64,000 bases of DNA from contig JBGASG010000010.1 of assembly GCA_044229845.1 (NCBI GenBank), positions 64,001 to 128,000 on the forward strand. Reading direction: 5' to 3'. The position numbers and the translations under genes are program-made. Under the pieces are notes generated by a model that was given only the letters and a program-made list of their open reading frames with translations, was not told where the DNA came from and ran no database searches. Position 1 is the first letter of the stretch. Every line of letters begins with the position of its first letter. This DNA is from Candidatus Obscuribacteraceae bacterium. Lineage in GTDB: Bacteria > Cyanobacteriota > Vampirovibrionia > Obscuribacterales > Obscuribacteraceae. Positions 1 through 12,100 of this stretch are shown one piece after another.

Positions 1-1128
1 GTCTGTGGAAGTCATGCAACCGCCACCGACTTTGACACCGATCGAGGGATCCAGTTCATCATCGAACAGGTTCCACGCGGCCGGGTTGGTGGGATTTGCG
101 CCAGCACCCAGTCCGGCCGGGTTGAGAATACGGATGTAGCCGTCCGGAATCGCCGGCACGTACTCTTTGGCCGGAGTGGCCCCATTGTTGCCGCCGGCTG
201 CATCTACAATGCCGACAAGTGCGCAAGCAATGGTATTGAGATTGGTGACGCTCTTCTCTTCAGTGGTTGCAGCAGCGCTGCGGAACGCATTGGGAGGTAT
301 GCGCACACCGTTGACCGGTATGTTGCGCGCCGCATCAAAGTCGGCTTGCGAAGCCAGACGGGGCTGGTGGCGGGGTTGGACCGGTACGCCGACCACCGGC
401 ATGTTGATACCGGTGACGTTCATGGCGGAGTAGCCGCGAATATATGTCTGTTGAGTGCGTTGGTCTGTGGTCAGCCAGCCGGCCGGCAACTGGAATCTGG
501 CGCCGCTCGCCATCACCGGCATTTGACTGCGGTCGGCAGGTGTGGTCACAGGTGAGCGCAAGTTAGTCGCACCAACATCGGTGCCTGCGCGTTGTTCCAT
601 GTAGGCAGCTGTGACACCGCGCTGGGCGAGGTTGTTGCGGCCGAGCATGCGAGTGGAGTTCTGTCCTGCCAGGTTGGAGAAAAAGCCAGTCAATTGACCG
701 CCGCCGTTGTTGCCGGCACCCAGATTGGCAGCCAGGTTTTCGCCGATACCATCGTTGCCTTGCAGACGCTGCAGCAATGTGTTGGCGTTGTCGATACCCT
801 GTTGGTTGCCGTCTGCGGAGGCGTTAATGGCGACCAGAAGCGAACGACCGACCAGGCGGTTGTAGCACTCCAGATCGACGTAGCCGGTGTCCGCGTCGAC
901 GAGACTCAAAAAGTTTTCGTCATCGGAGCTGCCGCGCAAGCCAAACCCAGGGCTCTTGATCGCTTGTTTGGCGACGTTCAACCCGCCGGAGTCGGTGGCG
1001 TGTTGAGCTTCCCGCGCTCCGCCAAGAATCTTGGCCAACAGGAAGAAACAAGCTCCTATCAAGATCAAGACAAAGGTGCTTATTGCAACCAGGGAAAGAG
1101 TGCCACCACTCTGGTTTCGTAGCGCCAT
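1..1128 (-). CDS. Tad/TadG-like pilus-associated membrane-anchored protein (3' end runs off window; absent from ORF track)
   Basis: ATG at 1128 with GGAGG upstream; frame checked open to position 1. Translation MALRNQSGGTLSLVAISTFVLILIGACFFLLAKILGGAREAQHATDSGGLNVAK: G-led hydrophobic helix followed by a QxAxDxGxLxxA motif resembling TadG/Tad N-termini. Confidence 0.6.
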   Translation of the reverse strand, partial: MALRNQSGGTLSLVAISTFVLILIGACFFLLAKILGGAREAQHATDSGGLNVAKQAIKSPGFGLRGSSDDENFLSLVDADTGYVDLECYNRLVGRSLLVAINASADGNQQGIDNANTLLQRLQGNDGIGENLAANLGAGNNGGGQLTGFFSNLAGQNSTRMLGRNNLAQRGVTAAYMEQRAGTDVGATNLRSPVTTPADRSQMPVMASGARFQLPAGWLTTDQRTQQTYIRGYSAMNVTGINMPVVGVPVQPRHQPRLASQADFDAARNIPVNGVRIPPNAFRSAAATTEEKSVTNLNTIACALVGIVDAAGGNNGATPAKEYVPAIPDGYIRILNPAGLGAGANPTNPAAWNLFDDELDPSIGVKVGGGCMTSTD

Positions 1129-1396
1129 TTTCGGCTGCCTCCGTAAGGGACGGTCTCGAGAGTCCACTAACTCTATAACTGCGAACTTAGTAAGGAGAGG
1201 GCAAATATGCCGCACTGCAGTGCTTGGACTTCATTAAAGAGGGCTAAGCATTAACGCGGATTAAGTTAATTCTCCTTCATAATTGCCCCGTTGTCAATCG
1301 CCTTTAAGTGGCGTCGACCTGGGAAAGCCAGGGAAATCCCAAGCCTGTCTGCACTTTCTAAGAGACCTTATACCCAATCCCAGCCGGTTTTTTCGC

Positions 1397-2926
1397 TTAA
1401 ACCGCAGCGTTTTCCGGCTTCGGCGCGGATGAGGTCGCCAACTTGCTGTGTTTTCGGCTGTATAGGAAATAAATCACCAGCCCCACAGGACAGGTAATTG
1501 CATAGACCTTCAGAACCAGCGGATTTAAGAAACAGGCCAGCGCTATGCAACCCACAGCCCCCATCAGTCCAACCAAAGGGTTGACCAACTTCAGTCGGAT
1601 GGCACCGCCGCAAACAAACACGAATGCAACCAGGGTTCCTAAGACCATCATCTCAGTGACGCTCTCAAACGGGACGAAGCCAGCGAAAGTGGCGACCAGC
1701 ACCCCATTGAGCAGCAAGCCGAATATTGGATTACCGTTCTTCGAACGGGCAAAGATTCCGGGCAACAACCCGTCTTCCGCCATATTGCGGAAGATGCGCG
1801 GGCCTCCCATCGAAAGCACCAATAAAACATTGAAGATGCCAACTACAGCGCCGACGGCTATAGCGGTGCCGGCCCACTTCTCGCCTGAATTCATCAGTAG
1901 TGTAGCCAGGGGAGCCGAAGCCTCGTTGCCTTTGAAATCAGGGTTGACGGGTCCCGGCCACGGCTCTGGTGCCGCGGCTGCCGCCGGGGTCGATTCAGGG
2001 GCCGAGCCGGCTGATGGCAGCACAGTGTCAGCGGCCGGCGGCGGCGCGATGATCGGCGGCGGCGTTTTCAAAGCCTGCGGAAACACCGGCTCTATGCCCG
2101 TCGCAATCGCCATCACGGCAACGTAGAGAAATGCCACCATGCCTATACATAGATAAGTTGAAACCCGAGTGTCGCGCAAACTCTTCGATTCGCGCGCAAA
2201 CGTGTAGAGTGCATCGAAACCGACGTACGGAAAGACCGCGATGGCAGCTCCGGCCATTACGCCTTGCCAGCCGCGCGGCATGAAGGGTTGCCAGTTCTCC
2301 GGATGAATGTGCTGGATGCCGGCGATCATAAATATGGCCAACAAAGTAGTTTTCAGCACCACCAGCAGGAAATTCAATTTGGCAGATTTGGTGACACCGC
2401 CGAAAATCAAAATGCAGGTGACCGCAATCACCGCTAGTATGGCGACGACGTTGACACCGAAAACGAAGTGACCGGCCTTGTCAAAAGTGGGTCCCATCAA
2501 TACTGAAGGCAACGTGTAGTTGCAGGCCTTCTTCAAGTACTGACTCCAGCCGATGGCCACCGCAGAGGCGCCGAAACTGTATTCCAGAAACAGTCCAAAC
2601 GCGACGATCCAGGCAAACAGCTCGCCGATCGAGTGATAGACATAGCTATATGCAGAGACGCCGTGCGGAACTTTGGCGGCGAACTTCTCATAGCAGATGC
2701 CCACGAACAGGAAGACAAAACCGGTAATCACGAACGAGAGAATTCCGGCCGGACCGGCTTTCTCAGCGATGGTGCCGGGCATGACGAAGATGCCAGCACC
2801 GATGGTGGCACCAATACCCAGACCGGTGAGCATCAACCAGCCCAGATGCTTCGGCGTGTCCTTGTCGTGATAATCGGCGGGAACATCGGGCGTGCGCCGC
2901 AAAAGCGATGTCAATACATCTGACAT
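1397..2926 (-). CDS. APC-family amino acid permease
   Basis: GIGATIGAGIF motif, YVGFD motif, ~12 hydrophobic segments; Pro/Ala-rich loop insertion. Confidence 0.9.
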   Translation of the reverse strand: MSDVLTSLLRRTPDVPADYHDKDTPKHLGWLMLTGLGIGATIGAGIFVMPGTIAEKAGPAGILSFVITGFVFLFVGICYEKFAAKVPHGVSAYSYVYHSIGELFAWIVAFGLFLEYSFGASAVAIGWSQYLKKACNYTLPSVLMGPTFDKAGHFVFGVNVVAILAVIAVTCILIFGGVTKSAKLNFLLVVLKTTLLAIFMIAGIQHIHPENWQPFMPRGWQGVMAGAAIAVFPYVGFDALYTFARESKSLRDTRVSTYLCIGMVAFLYVAVMAIATGIEPVFPQALKTPPPIIAPPPAADTVLPSAGSAPESTPAAAAAPEPWPGPVNPDFKGNEASAPLATLLMNSGEKWAGTAIAVGAVVGIFNVLLVLSMGGPRIFRNMAEDGLLPGIFARSKNGNPIFGLLLNGVLVATFAGFVPFESVTEMMVLGTLVAFVFVCGGAIRLKLVNPLVGLMGAVGCIALACFLNPLVLKVYAITCPVGLVIYFLYSRKHSKLATSSAPKPENAAV

Positions 2927-3076
2927 AAGCTGAATCTTGTAAATAAGAGAGAACTGTAAAACCTGGCTATGCTAGCATAGCCATTCAAATTCCAGGCGAT
3001 AGGAAATTCAGCTGGACCGCGCGAAGCGGTCCTTCCTCAAGAGCTTCGAGCCGGAGTCGGACTTCAAGGAGTTGAT

Positions 3077-4321
3077 ATGAAGATTCAGAAAGCAGCGGTC
3101 ATTGGTGCGGGAACCATGGGCGCAGGCATCGCACAGGTGCTCAGCCAGGCGGGCATCGAAGTCATACTCAAAGACATCGCGCAAGACATGCTTGACCGCG
3201 GGCTGGCAAACATTCGCCGCATGTACGATTCGCGAGTCAAGAAAGAGATTCTCACTCAAGCCGAAGCCGATTTCTTGATCGCTAACGTCAAGCTCAGCAC
3301 CACATACGATGGCTTCAAAGATGTTGATCTGGTGATCGAAGCCGCGCTGGAAACCATTGACCTGAAGCTGAAGATTTTTCAAGACCTGGACGCCAACTGC
3401 TCGCCGAACGCCATTCTCGCAACCAACACCTCGGCGCTTTCTATCTCCGAAATCGCTGCCGGCACCAAGCGCCCCGAGCGCGTTCTCGGTATGCATTTTT
3501 TCAATCCGGCACAGACCATGAAACTGGTGGAAGTAATTCCTGGTCTGCGCACCAAGAAGACAATTGTCGAGCAGATGTTGGCGCTCTGCCGGGATCTGCA
3601 TAAAATACCGGTGAAAGTCGAGGAATGCCCCGGCTTCCTGGTCAATCGCGTTCTCTTCCCTTATCTCAACGAAGCCTGCCATGTCCTGGAAGAAGGACTG
3701 GCAACTCCTGAGGAAATCGACAAAGCGGCAGTTGAGTTCGGTCTGCCGATGGGGCCATTCACATTGTTCGATATGACCGGGTTGGACGTCTGTCTGCATG
3801 TGCAGAATTTTCTATACGGCGAATACGGCGAGCGTTTCAAACCCGCCGCCATCCTCAAATTGCTGGTCGACAAAGGACACCTGGGACAAAAGTCCGGCGC
3901 CGGTTTCTTCAAGCACGAAAAAGGCCAGGTGCCCAAGAAAGACGAACCGAAACAATTCAACCCCGACCTGAAAGCGCTGCTGGAGAAAGCCCAGAAAGAA
4001 CGCAACCAGGCATCAGGCTCGCGTCCCTTCGACGCACACCGCATCATCCTGCCGATGTTCAATGAAGCCGTTTACGCAGTCCAGGAAGGCGTCGTCGACC
4101 ACAAAGATGTAGATGTAGCGATGGAACACGGCACCGGTCTCAAGCGCGGACTTTTAAGCTTGTCCGAAGAGAAGGGAATGCAGTGGTGCGTGGAAGAGAT
4201 GGATCAGTACGAAAAGGTCTATGGGTCGCGTTTTTGTCCGGCGTGGCTGATGCGCAAACTGGTGCGAGCACGCATCCACGATTTCTCAGTTCTCGAGCAG
4301 ACACCCGTAGGCGTGGGCTAA
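3077..4321 (+). CDS. 3-hydroxyacyl-CoA dehydrogenase (NAD-binding plus duplicated C-terminal domain)
   Basis: GAGTMG Rossmann motif, TNTS, GMHFFNP, PGFLVNR, PMGPF; AAGGAG RBS. Confidence 0.92.
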   Translation: MKIQKAAVIGAGTMGAGIAQVLSQAGIEVILKDIAQDMLDRGLANIRRMYDSRVKKEILTQAEADFLIANVKLSTTYDGFKDVDLVIEAALETIDLKLKIFQDLDANCSPNAILATNTSALSISEIAAGTKRPERVLGMHFFNPAQTMKLVEVIPGLRTKKTIVEQMLALCRDLHKIPVKVEECPGFLVNRVLFPYLNEACHVLEEGLATPEEIDKAAVEFGLPMGPFTLFDMTGLDVCLHVQNFLYGEYGERFKPAAILKLLVDKGHLGQKSGAGFFKHEKGQVPKKDEPKQFNPDLKALLEKAQKERNQASGSRPFDAHRIILPMFNEAVYAVQEGVVDHKDVDVAMEHGTGLKRGLLSLSEEKGMQWCVEEMDQYEKVYGSRFCPAWLMRKLVRARIHDFSVLEQTPVGVG

Positions 4322-4366
4322 CGCTGGAACCAGGCTGCCAGAACCAAAGAAGGAAGATGAAAGACC

Positions 4367-5566
4367 ATGATTAAGTGGGTCATGACATTTTTACTGATCT
4401 GGTTTATCTACAGCGTCAGAAGCATTTTTCCACCGATTATCGTGGGCGCGATCATCGCCTACTTGCTGCTGCCAATCGTGCAGAAACTTTCGCGCACAGC
4501 CAAGATTCCCGTCGGTCTGTCCACAGCCATCGTCTATATCAGCTTCGGTCTGGTGATTGGCGGTGCCATCTGGTTTTTGGGACCTGGAATTGTGCGAGAA
4601 CTGAGCGAGCTGGTGGAGAACCGCCGGGAGATAGTATCAAACTCGGTATCACAGTTCGCCCGGCTCACCAACTGGGGTCTGGACGTCGACACGACTACTC
4701 AACACATTCTCGGCAGCGTCACTGAGTCGATCGCCAAGCCCGCGGAGATCGCCCACTGGGGACACGTGCTCGGGCACGGGGCCCTCTCGATTTTGGTTTG
4801 CGTCGTCACGTCCATCTACTTGACTCTGGACAGCGACAAGGTCGGGCAGTTCTTGCTGCGCTATGTTCCGGAAGATCGACGTCAGCCGGTAATCGACCTG
4901 GCGGCGCAGATGAACCGCATCCTCAGCCGCTATATGCAAGGGCAGCTGGTTTTGATCTGCATCATGTCCTCGGTGGCCTGGATTTTCCTGCACTTCGTGA
5001 TCCACATGAAATACGCCCTGCCGGTGGCACTGCTCAGCGGATTTCTGGAGATTATTCCAGTGCTCGGTCCGATTCTCGCTACATCCACCGCGGCCATCGT
5101 CGGCATGTCGCAGTTCGGTCCCAAAGTCGCCCTTGGCATCATCGTCTTCTATACACTGGCCCGCTGGTTCGAAGACTACGTGATTGTGCCGAAAGTGATC
5201 GGACATGCGGTCGAGATGCATGCTTTGGCCGTCATTTTTGCCGTGCTTTGCGGCGAAGTGCTGGCGGGCGGACTGGGCATGTTGATTGCCATTCCGGTCG
5301 CCGCCTGCATCAAGCTGGCTTTCGACTTTTTCTATCTGGGCAAAGTTCCCGAATCGTCGCACGACAACGGCAAGCACGACGGTCAAGCTCACTCGCGCAG
5401 CGATGCCGCCAGTGTCAAGAAAAAAGAAATGCACGAGGCGTCCGCCGAGATCAAAGAGGCGACGCAAGAAGCCGTCGCTGATGCCGTCGGCACCGAAGCC
5501 GTGAAGACCGAAGACGTGAAGGCAGGCGCTCCACAAACCGAGTCTCTCAAAACGGACGCCGTCTGA
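4367..5566 (+). CDS. AI-2E family transporter
   Basis: IAYLLLP, YMQGQL, IIPVLGP, LGMLIAIP motifs; multiple TM helices. Confidence 0.88.
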   Translation: MIKWVMTFLLIWFIYSVRSIFPPIIVGAIIAYLLLPIVQKLSRTAKIPVGLSTAIVYISFGLVIGGAIWFLGPGIVRELSELVENRREIVSNSVSQFARLTNWGLDVDTTTQHILGSVTESIAKPAEIAHWGHVLGHGALSILVCVVTSIYLTLDSDKVGQFLLRYVPEDRRQPVIDLAAQMNRILSRYMQGQLVLICIMSSVAWIFLHFVIHMKYALPVALLSGFLEIIPVLGPILATSTAAIVGMSQFGPKVALGIIVFYTLARWFEDYVIVPKVIGHAVEMHALAVIFAVLCGEVLAGGLGMLIAIPVAACIKLAFDFFYLGKVPESSHDNGKHDGQAHSRSDAASVKKKEMHEASAEIKEATQEAVADAVGTEAVKTEDVKAGAPQTESLKTDAV

Positions 5567-5581
5567 ATTTGCTGCGCGAAC

Positions 5582-6631
5582 TCAGTGTCCCTGCATCGAG
5601 AAAACCAGCCAGGCGACCACGGAGACATAACCGATGGCGCCGCAAAGCATATAGCGCGCCGAAAGCCTCTGCCGATCTAGCAAGGCCAGATAGAAAAAAG
5701 CCGCGCCGATCGCGACGATGCCACTAATAGTAGTGCCGAGACTGAGGTCCCACTCGGTGAAAACTATCCCGAAAGCGGCCGGCCAGCAGCTTTGAAAAAC
5801 CAGCGCGCCGGTGATATTGCCCAGCGCCAGCGTGTCTTTGCCCTTGCGCGCCCAGAGAATACTGTTGACTTTCTCGGGCAGCTCAGTGGCAACCGGCGCC
5901 ACGATCAGCGAGAGAATCATTGGAGGCACCGCCAGGAAGGCACTCAGGGCGCGCACATGATCGACGAACAGAATTGCACCGCCAACAATACCAGCCAGTC
6001 CAATCAGCACTTGAACGACAATCACCGCAACATTAGTGCCGGTTTTGAGCAGCCTGTTGAGATGCAGGTGTTCGGGGGCTTCGCCTACTTCGCCTTCATG
6101 AGCAAACGTCTTGCGCAGGTAGAGAAAATACATGCCGACCATGAGCGCCGCCACCATCCAGCGCACCAGTTTGAAATCCGGGCGATCAAAAATAGGGAAC
6201 GCGCAAACCAGCGCCATGGCGTAACCCATGATGAAGAAGCTCAGATCGCGCTTGAGCACAACTTCATTGATGGCGAGCGACTCGGAGCGCAGCCCCCGCC
6301 TGGCACACCAGAGGATGGCAAAACCGCACAATCCCATGGTCAGCGTGGTCAACATAAAGGGAGCGCCGGCGATCGCGCCGATGCCGACTGAGTGCGCCGC
6401 GTGCACGGCCATCGAATCGCCGCCCGCAAAGCAAAGCACCGATACGACGGGAATCAAAGTTTCGGGCAGGGCCGTGCCGACCGCAGCCAGAACACTGCCA
6501 ACCACGCCCTCGCTCAAGTGCAGTTTCTGCCCCAACCATTCGACGCCGTTAGTAAACAGCTCGGCTGAACCGAGAATAATCAGGAGGGCACCGAAAAGTA
6601 CCAGTCCATCTATTGCTGGATGAGGCGCCAT
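5582..6631 (-). CDS. Sodium:calcium antiporter (CaCA family)
   Basis: Two alpha repeats GTALPE and ATELPE, ALGNITG; hydrophobic throughout. Confidence 0.88.
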   Translation of the reverse strand: MAPHPAIDGLVLFGALLIILGSAELFTNGVEWLGQKLHLSEGVVGSVLAAVGTALPETLIPVVSVLCFAGGDSMAVHAAHSVGIGAIAGAPFMLTTLTMGLCGFAILWCARRGLRSESLAINEVVLKRDLSFFIMGYAMALVCAFPIFDRPDFKLVRWMVAALMVGMYFLYLRKTFAHEGEVGEAPEHLHLNRLLKTGTNVAVIVVQVLIGLAGIVGGAILFVDHVRALSAFLAVPPMILSLIVAPVATELPEKVNSILWARKGKDTLALGNITGALVFQSCWPAAFGIVFTEWDLSLGTTISGIVAIGAAFFYLALLDRQRLSARYMLCGAIGYVSVVAWLVFSMQGH

Positions 6632-6772
6632 TAGTTTTGTAGTACTTGTTTCTGCACTGTGTATGTAGCCCGTGAGTACACAGTAGCTGATTATTGAGCG
6701 TGTTATATTGGCTGACGATAAAAATTAGCAATCCGCTCGCGAATCACATTCGCAGTTACGCAGGAGATTGTC

Positions 6773-7057
6773 TTGACCACTATAAAGGATGTCGAACATG
6801 TGGCCAAACTGGCTCGCCTGGCGCTGACCGAGGAAGAAAAGGTCAAGTTTGCTGAACAGCTGTCCAAGATTATCGACAACTTCAATGCGCTCAAAGAAGT
6901 CGACACCGAGGGCGTTGAGCCGCTAACCCATGCCCTGCCGCTATACAACGTACTGCGGGAAGATAAGGTTGTGGCACCTCCAGGGCGAGACCTTCTTCTG
7001 AAGAACGCCCCTGCCGAAGAAAACGGTTTTTTCAAGGTCCCCAAAATCGGGGATTAA
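6773..7057 (+). CDS. gatC: Asp/Glu-tRNA amidotransferase subunit C
   Basis: DVEHVAKLARL...VDTEGVEP...NAP..ENGFFKVPKI; AGGAG RBS before TTG start. Confidence 0.95.
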   Translation: MTTIKDVEHVAKLARLALTEEEKVKFAEQLSKIIDNFNALKEVDTEGVEPLTHALPLYNVLREDKVVAPPGRDLLLKNAPAEENGFFKVPKIGD

Positions 7058-7154
7058 CCGACTCCAACAAAGTAGTTGTGCTAAACGAGCGTCAGGCGCT
7101 GGTTAAATTGGCGCCGGTGGCTTATATTTGATTAGGTATGCCGCAAAGAACAGC

Positions 7155-8928
<1,774 letters not shown>

Positions 8929-8938
8929 TTCAACGGTC

Positions 8939-9148
8939 ATGTACGAAGACGGCAATCCGGACGACGTCCCGACGAAGTATGTCATTCTCTATATCTGTCT
9001 TTTCGGTGCGCTGGCTACCGGTTTTCTGGCGGCGGGCATGAATGTACTCGGCATGGAGATATTCGGCATCACCCCCCTGCAATGGTGGTGGCTGCCTGGT
9101 ATTTTTGCCGCCATCGCCGGCGTCTTATTCTTCCTACCGCGATTTTAG
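8939..9148 (+). CDS. Small two-TM membrane protein, unknown function
   Basis: 69 aa, 10 nt after pyrG stop, two hydrophobic segments. Confidence 0.6.
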   Translation: MYEDGNPDDVPTKYVILYICLFGALATGFLAAGMNVLGMEIFGITPLQWWWLPGIFAAIAGVLFFLPRF

Positions 9149-9189
9149 ACCACAGCACCGAATCCCAAAGCACCGAATACGGTGTACTC

Positions 9190-12100
9190 TTATTCGTCTG
9201 GCAATGGATTGCCGGTGCGGCTGCGCAGTTCCGGCTCGTAGAGATCGCCGGTGATGAATTCCCAACGGTCTGCATCTTCAGAGATGAAAGTTTCGACTTT
9301 GCGCGCCATCTGTTCCAGTTTCTTGGCCTCAGCAGTGTCGCCCAATTTGCGGACGATGGCTGAACGTCTGTCGAGCAGATCAGGCATGGTGGTGTGATAA
9401 CGGTTGTAGGCGTTGCGAATGGCGACGAATGCTTTGTTGTACAGTTCGTCAGCCTCCTGATATTGCCCCTGCCGTCCGCTGGATTCAGCCTGCTTCATCA
9501 GTTCGAGCGATTGACGGACGGCTTTGGCGCGCACGCGCATTTGTTCGAGAGTAGCGTTGACGATCGCCAGCTGCTCGAGCACGGCATCCGACAGATCGGC
9601 ATTCAATCCCAGTGCTTCTACGTACGTGCGTTCCGCCACCTGGAACTTGTCTTGTTCTGCATAGCAGCATGCAGCCTGTGCTTTAATCAGGGCCAGGTCT
9701 GTAGCACTACGTCGAGGCTGAGAAATGGCGATGGCTTCAGCTGAGTCGTACAACTGTTCCGCTACTTGGAACAGTCTCAGTTTCTTCGCAGCAATCGCAA
9801 GCGGCATCAAATTCTGCACAATGCGCATGTCGGATGAGGGGAAGATTTCCCACGCAACCCGCAGAGCTTGCTCCAGCGTTGAATAAGCATCGACATCAGA
9901 TTCTGTCTTGTCTTCGTTCAGCTTTTGCAGCCCTGATTCCAGCTGTTGCCGCCACCAGGTGCGGGCATCTTCGAGGGCTTCGGACGTCACTTGCGACGCC
10001 AGTGGTGCTGCGGGAATCGGTGGTCCGCTCAACGTGCTGATCGCATCGGGATCGGTGGTCAACACTTTCTGAGGAATCGGGATGTCCGCTTCCTCTTCGT
10101 CCGCCGGTGGCGGCACGTTCAAAAGAATAGGCACCACCGTGCCCGGTGGCACGGTCTCGTTGGGATCGAAATCCGGCCCGTTGCCTGAGACTTTAGCAAT
10201 AGCAGCCAGGGACTCTTGTTCTTGCTTAGCTTTTTCAACATCAGCCAGTTCTTTTTCGGCATTGGCAGCAGCAGCTTCGGCAGCGGCTTTGGCAGCGCGC
10301 GCCAGTTCGTTAGCCATTTGCTCGTCAGCCCAGGCGGAAGCCGCTTCGGCAGCTTCTCGCTCGGCCCGCTGGGTAGCGGCTTCGGCAGCGGATTGTGCTT
10401 TCTCAGCCTGGACATCAGCTTGTTCTTTCGCTTTCTTGGCGGCAAAAGCCTCGGCCGCCTCTTTTTCTACTTTGGCGAACGCCGCATCCAGAGCCAGATC
10501 GAGGTCGTCTTTCTCGGGCTCCTTGGGAGCCGCAGGCGTGGGACCTTTGTTGACCGCACTCTGGTCATGCTGCAATGCAGCCATCCAGGAAGGCACCAGT
10601 GGATCGTCGCCGCCACCAGGCTGAGCGGGTGGTGTCGGCGTCTGCAATTCGCTATCAGGCGGTGCAGGCGGCGGTGTGACAGGCGGTGGTGCTTCGGCAG
10701 CCGGGACGGCGATTGGATTTAAGGCCGGTGGTGCGGCGGAAGCGGCAGGTGATTGCGCATCGTCTGGGGGCTGCGCGTTTTTCTGAATCGGTTTAAACGA
10801 CTTGGCGGCCTTGAGAATTGCCAGTCCTTGAGCCGCGCTAACTCCGCCTGCTTTCGCAGGAGTGGTGGCAGGCGGCGCACCGGCGGCCGGCGCTGCCGGT
10901 CCGTCACCGGGTGCAGTAGTGGCCGGTGCCTCACGGACAGCCGTGGCAGTCGCTGTCGACGCGTGCACAACCTCGGAGCCTCCGTTTTGCGCAGCTACTT
11001 CCTGGGCTGCATGAGCAGCGGCAGCAGCTTCTTCGGCGGCCTTGGCAGCAGCTTCTTCGGCGGCCTTGGCAGCAGCTTCTTCGGCGGCTTTGGCAGCAGC
11101 TTCTTCGGCGGCTTTGGCAGCAGCTTCTTCGGCGGCTCTGGCGGCAGCTTCTTCAGCAGCTTTGGCGGCAGCTTCTTCGGCGGCTTTGGCAGCAGCTTCT
11201 TCGGCGGCTTTGGCAGCAGCTTCTTCGGCGGCTCTGGCGGCAGCTTCTTCGGCGGCTCTGGCAGCTTCTTCGGCGGCTCTGGCAGCTTCTTCTGCAGCTC
11301 TGGCAGCCGCGGCTTCTTCTGCAGCTTTGGCGGCGGCCGCCTCTTCGGCAGCTCTGATTGCCGCCTCTTCGGCAGCTCTGGCAGCGGCGGCCGCTTCCTC
11401 CGCGGCTCTAATTGCAGCTTCTGCTTCTTCTTGAGCACGGCGAACAGCGGCAGCTTCTTCTTCCGCTTTCAATCTGGCGGCTTCTTCCTCGGCCGCCTTG
11501 GCTCGGAGATATGCTTCTTCGGCAGCCTTTCTGAATCCTTCTTCCTCAGCAGCCCGGCGCGCAGCCTCATCGGCGGCCGCCTTGCGGGCGGCCTCTTCGG
11601 CGGCGGCTTTGCGTGCGGCAATCTGGTCGGCTTCGCGTTTAGCCAGGTCGGCAGCTTTCTTGCGAGCCAGTTCCTCGGCAGCCTTGCGAAGGGTTTCTTC
11701 CTGAGCCAGGCGTCTGCGCTCTTCTTCTTCAAATGTCTTGCGTCGCGCTTCTTCTTCGGCTTCTCGGCGCTTCGCTTCGGCTTCTTCCTCAGCAAGCTTT
11801 CGGGCCGCTTCTTTCAGAGCCTCGATCCGAGCAGCTTCTTCCTCTTCGGCTTGGCGCTTCGCTTCTTCTTCGGCAGCAATGCGTGCAGCCTCTTCCTCTT
11901 CGGCTTTGCGTTTCGCTTCTTCTTCGGCAGCAATGCGTGCAGCTTCTTCCTCTTCGGCTTTGCGCTTCGCTTCTTCTTCGGCAGCAATGCGTGCAGCCTC
12001 TTCCTCTTCGGCTTTGCGTTTCGCTTCTTCTTCTGCAGCGATGCGTGCGGCTTCTTCCTCTTCGGCTTTGCGCTTCGCTTCTTCTTCTGCAGCGATGCGT

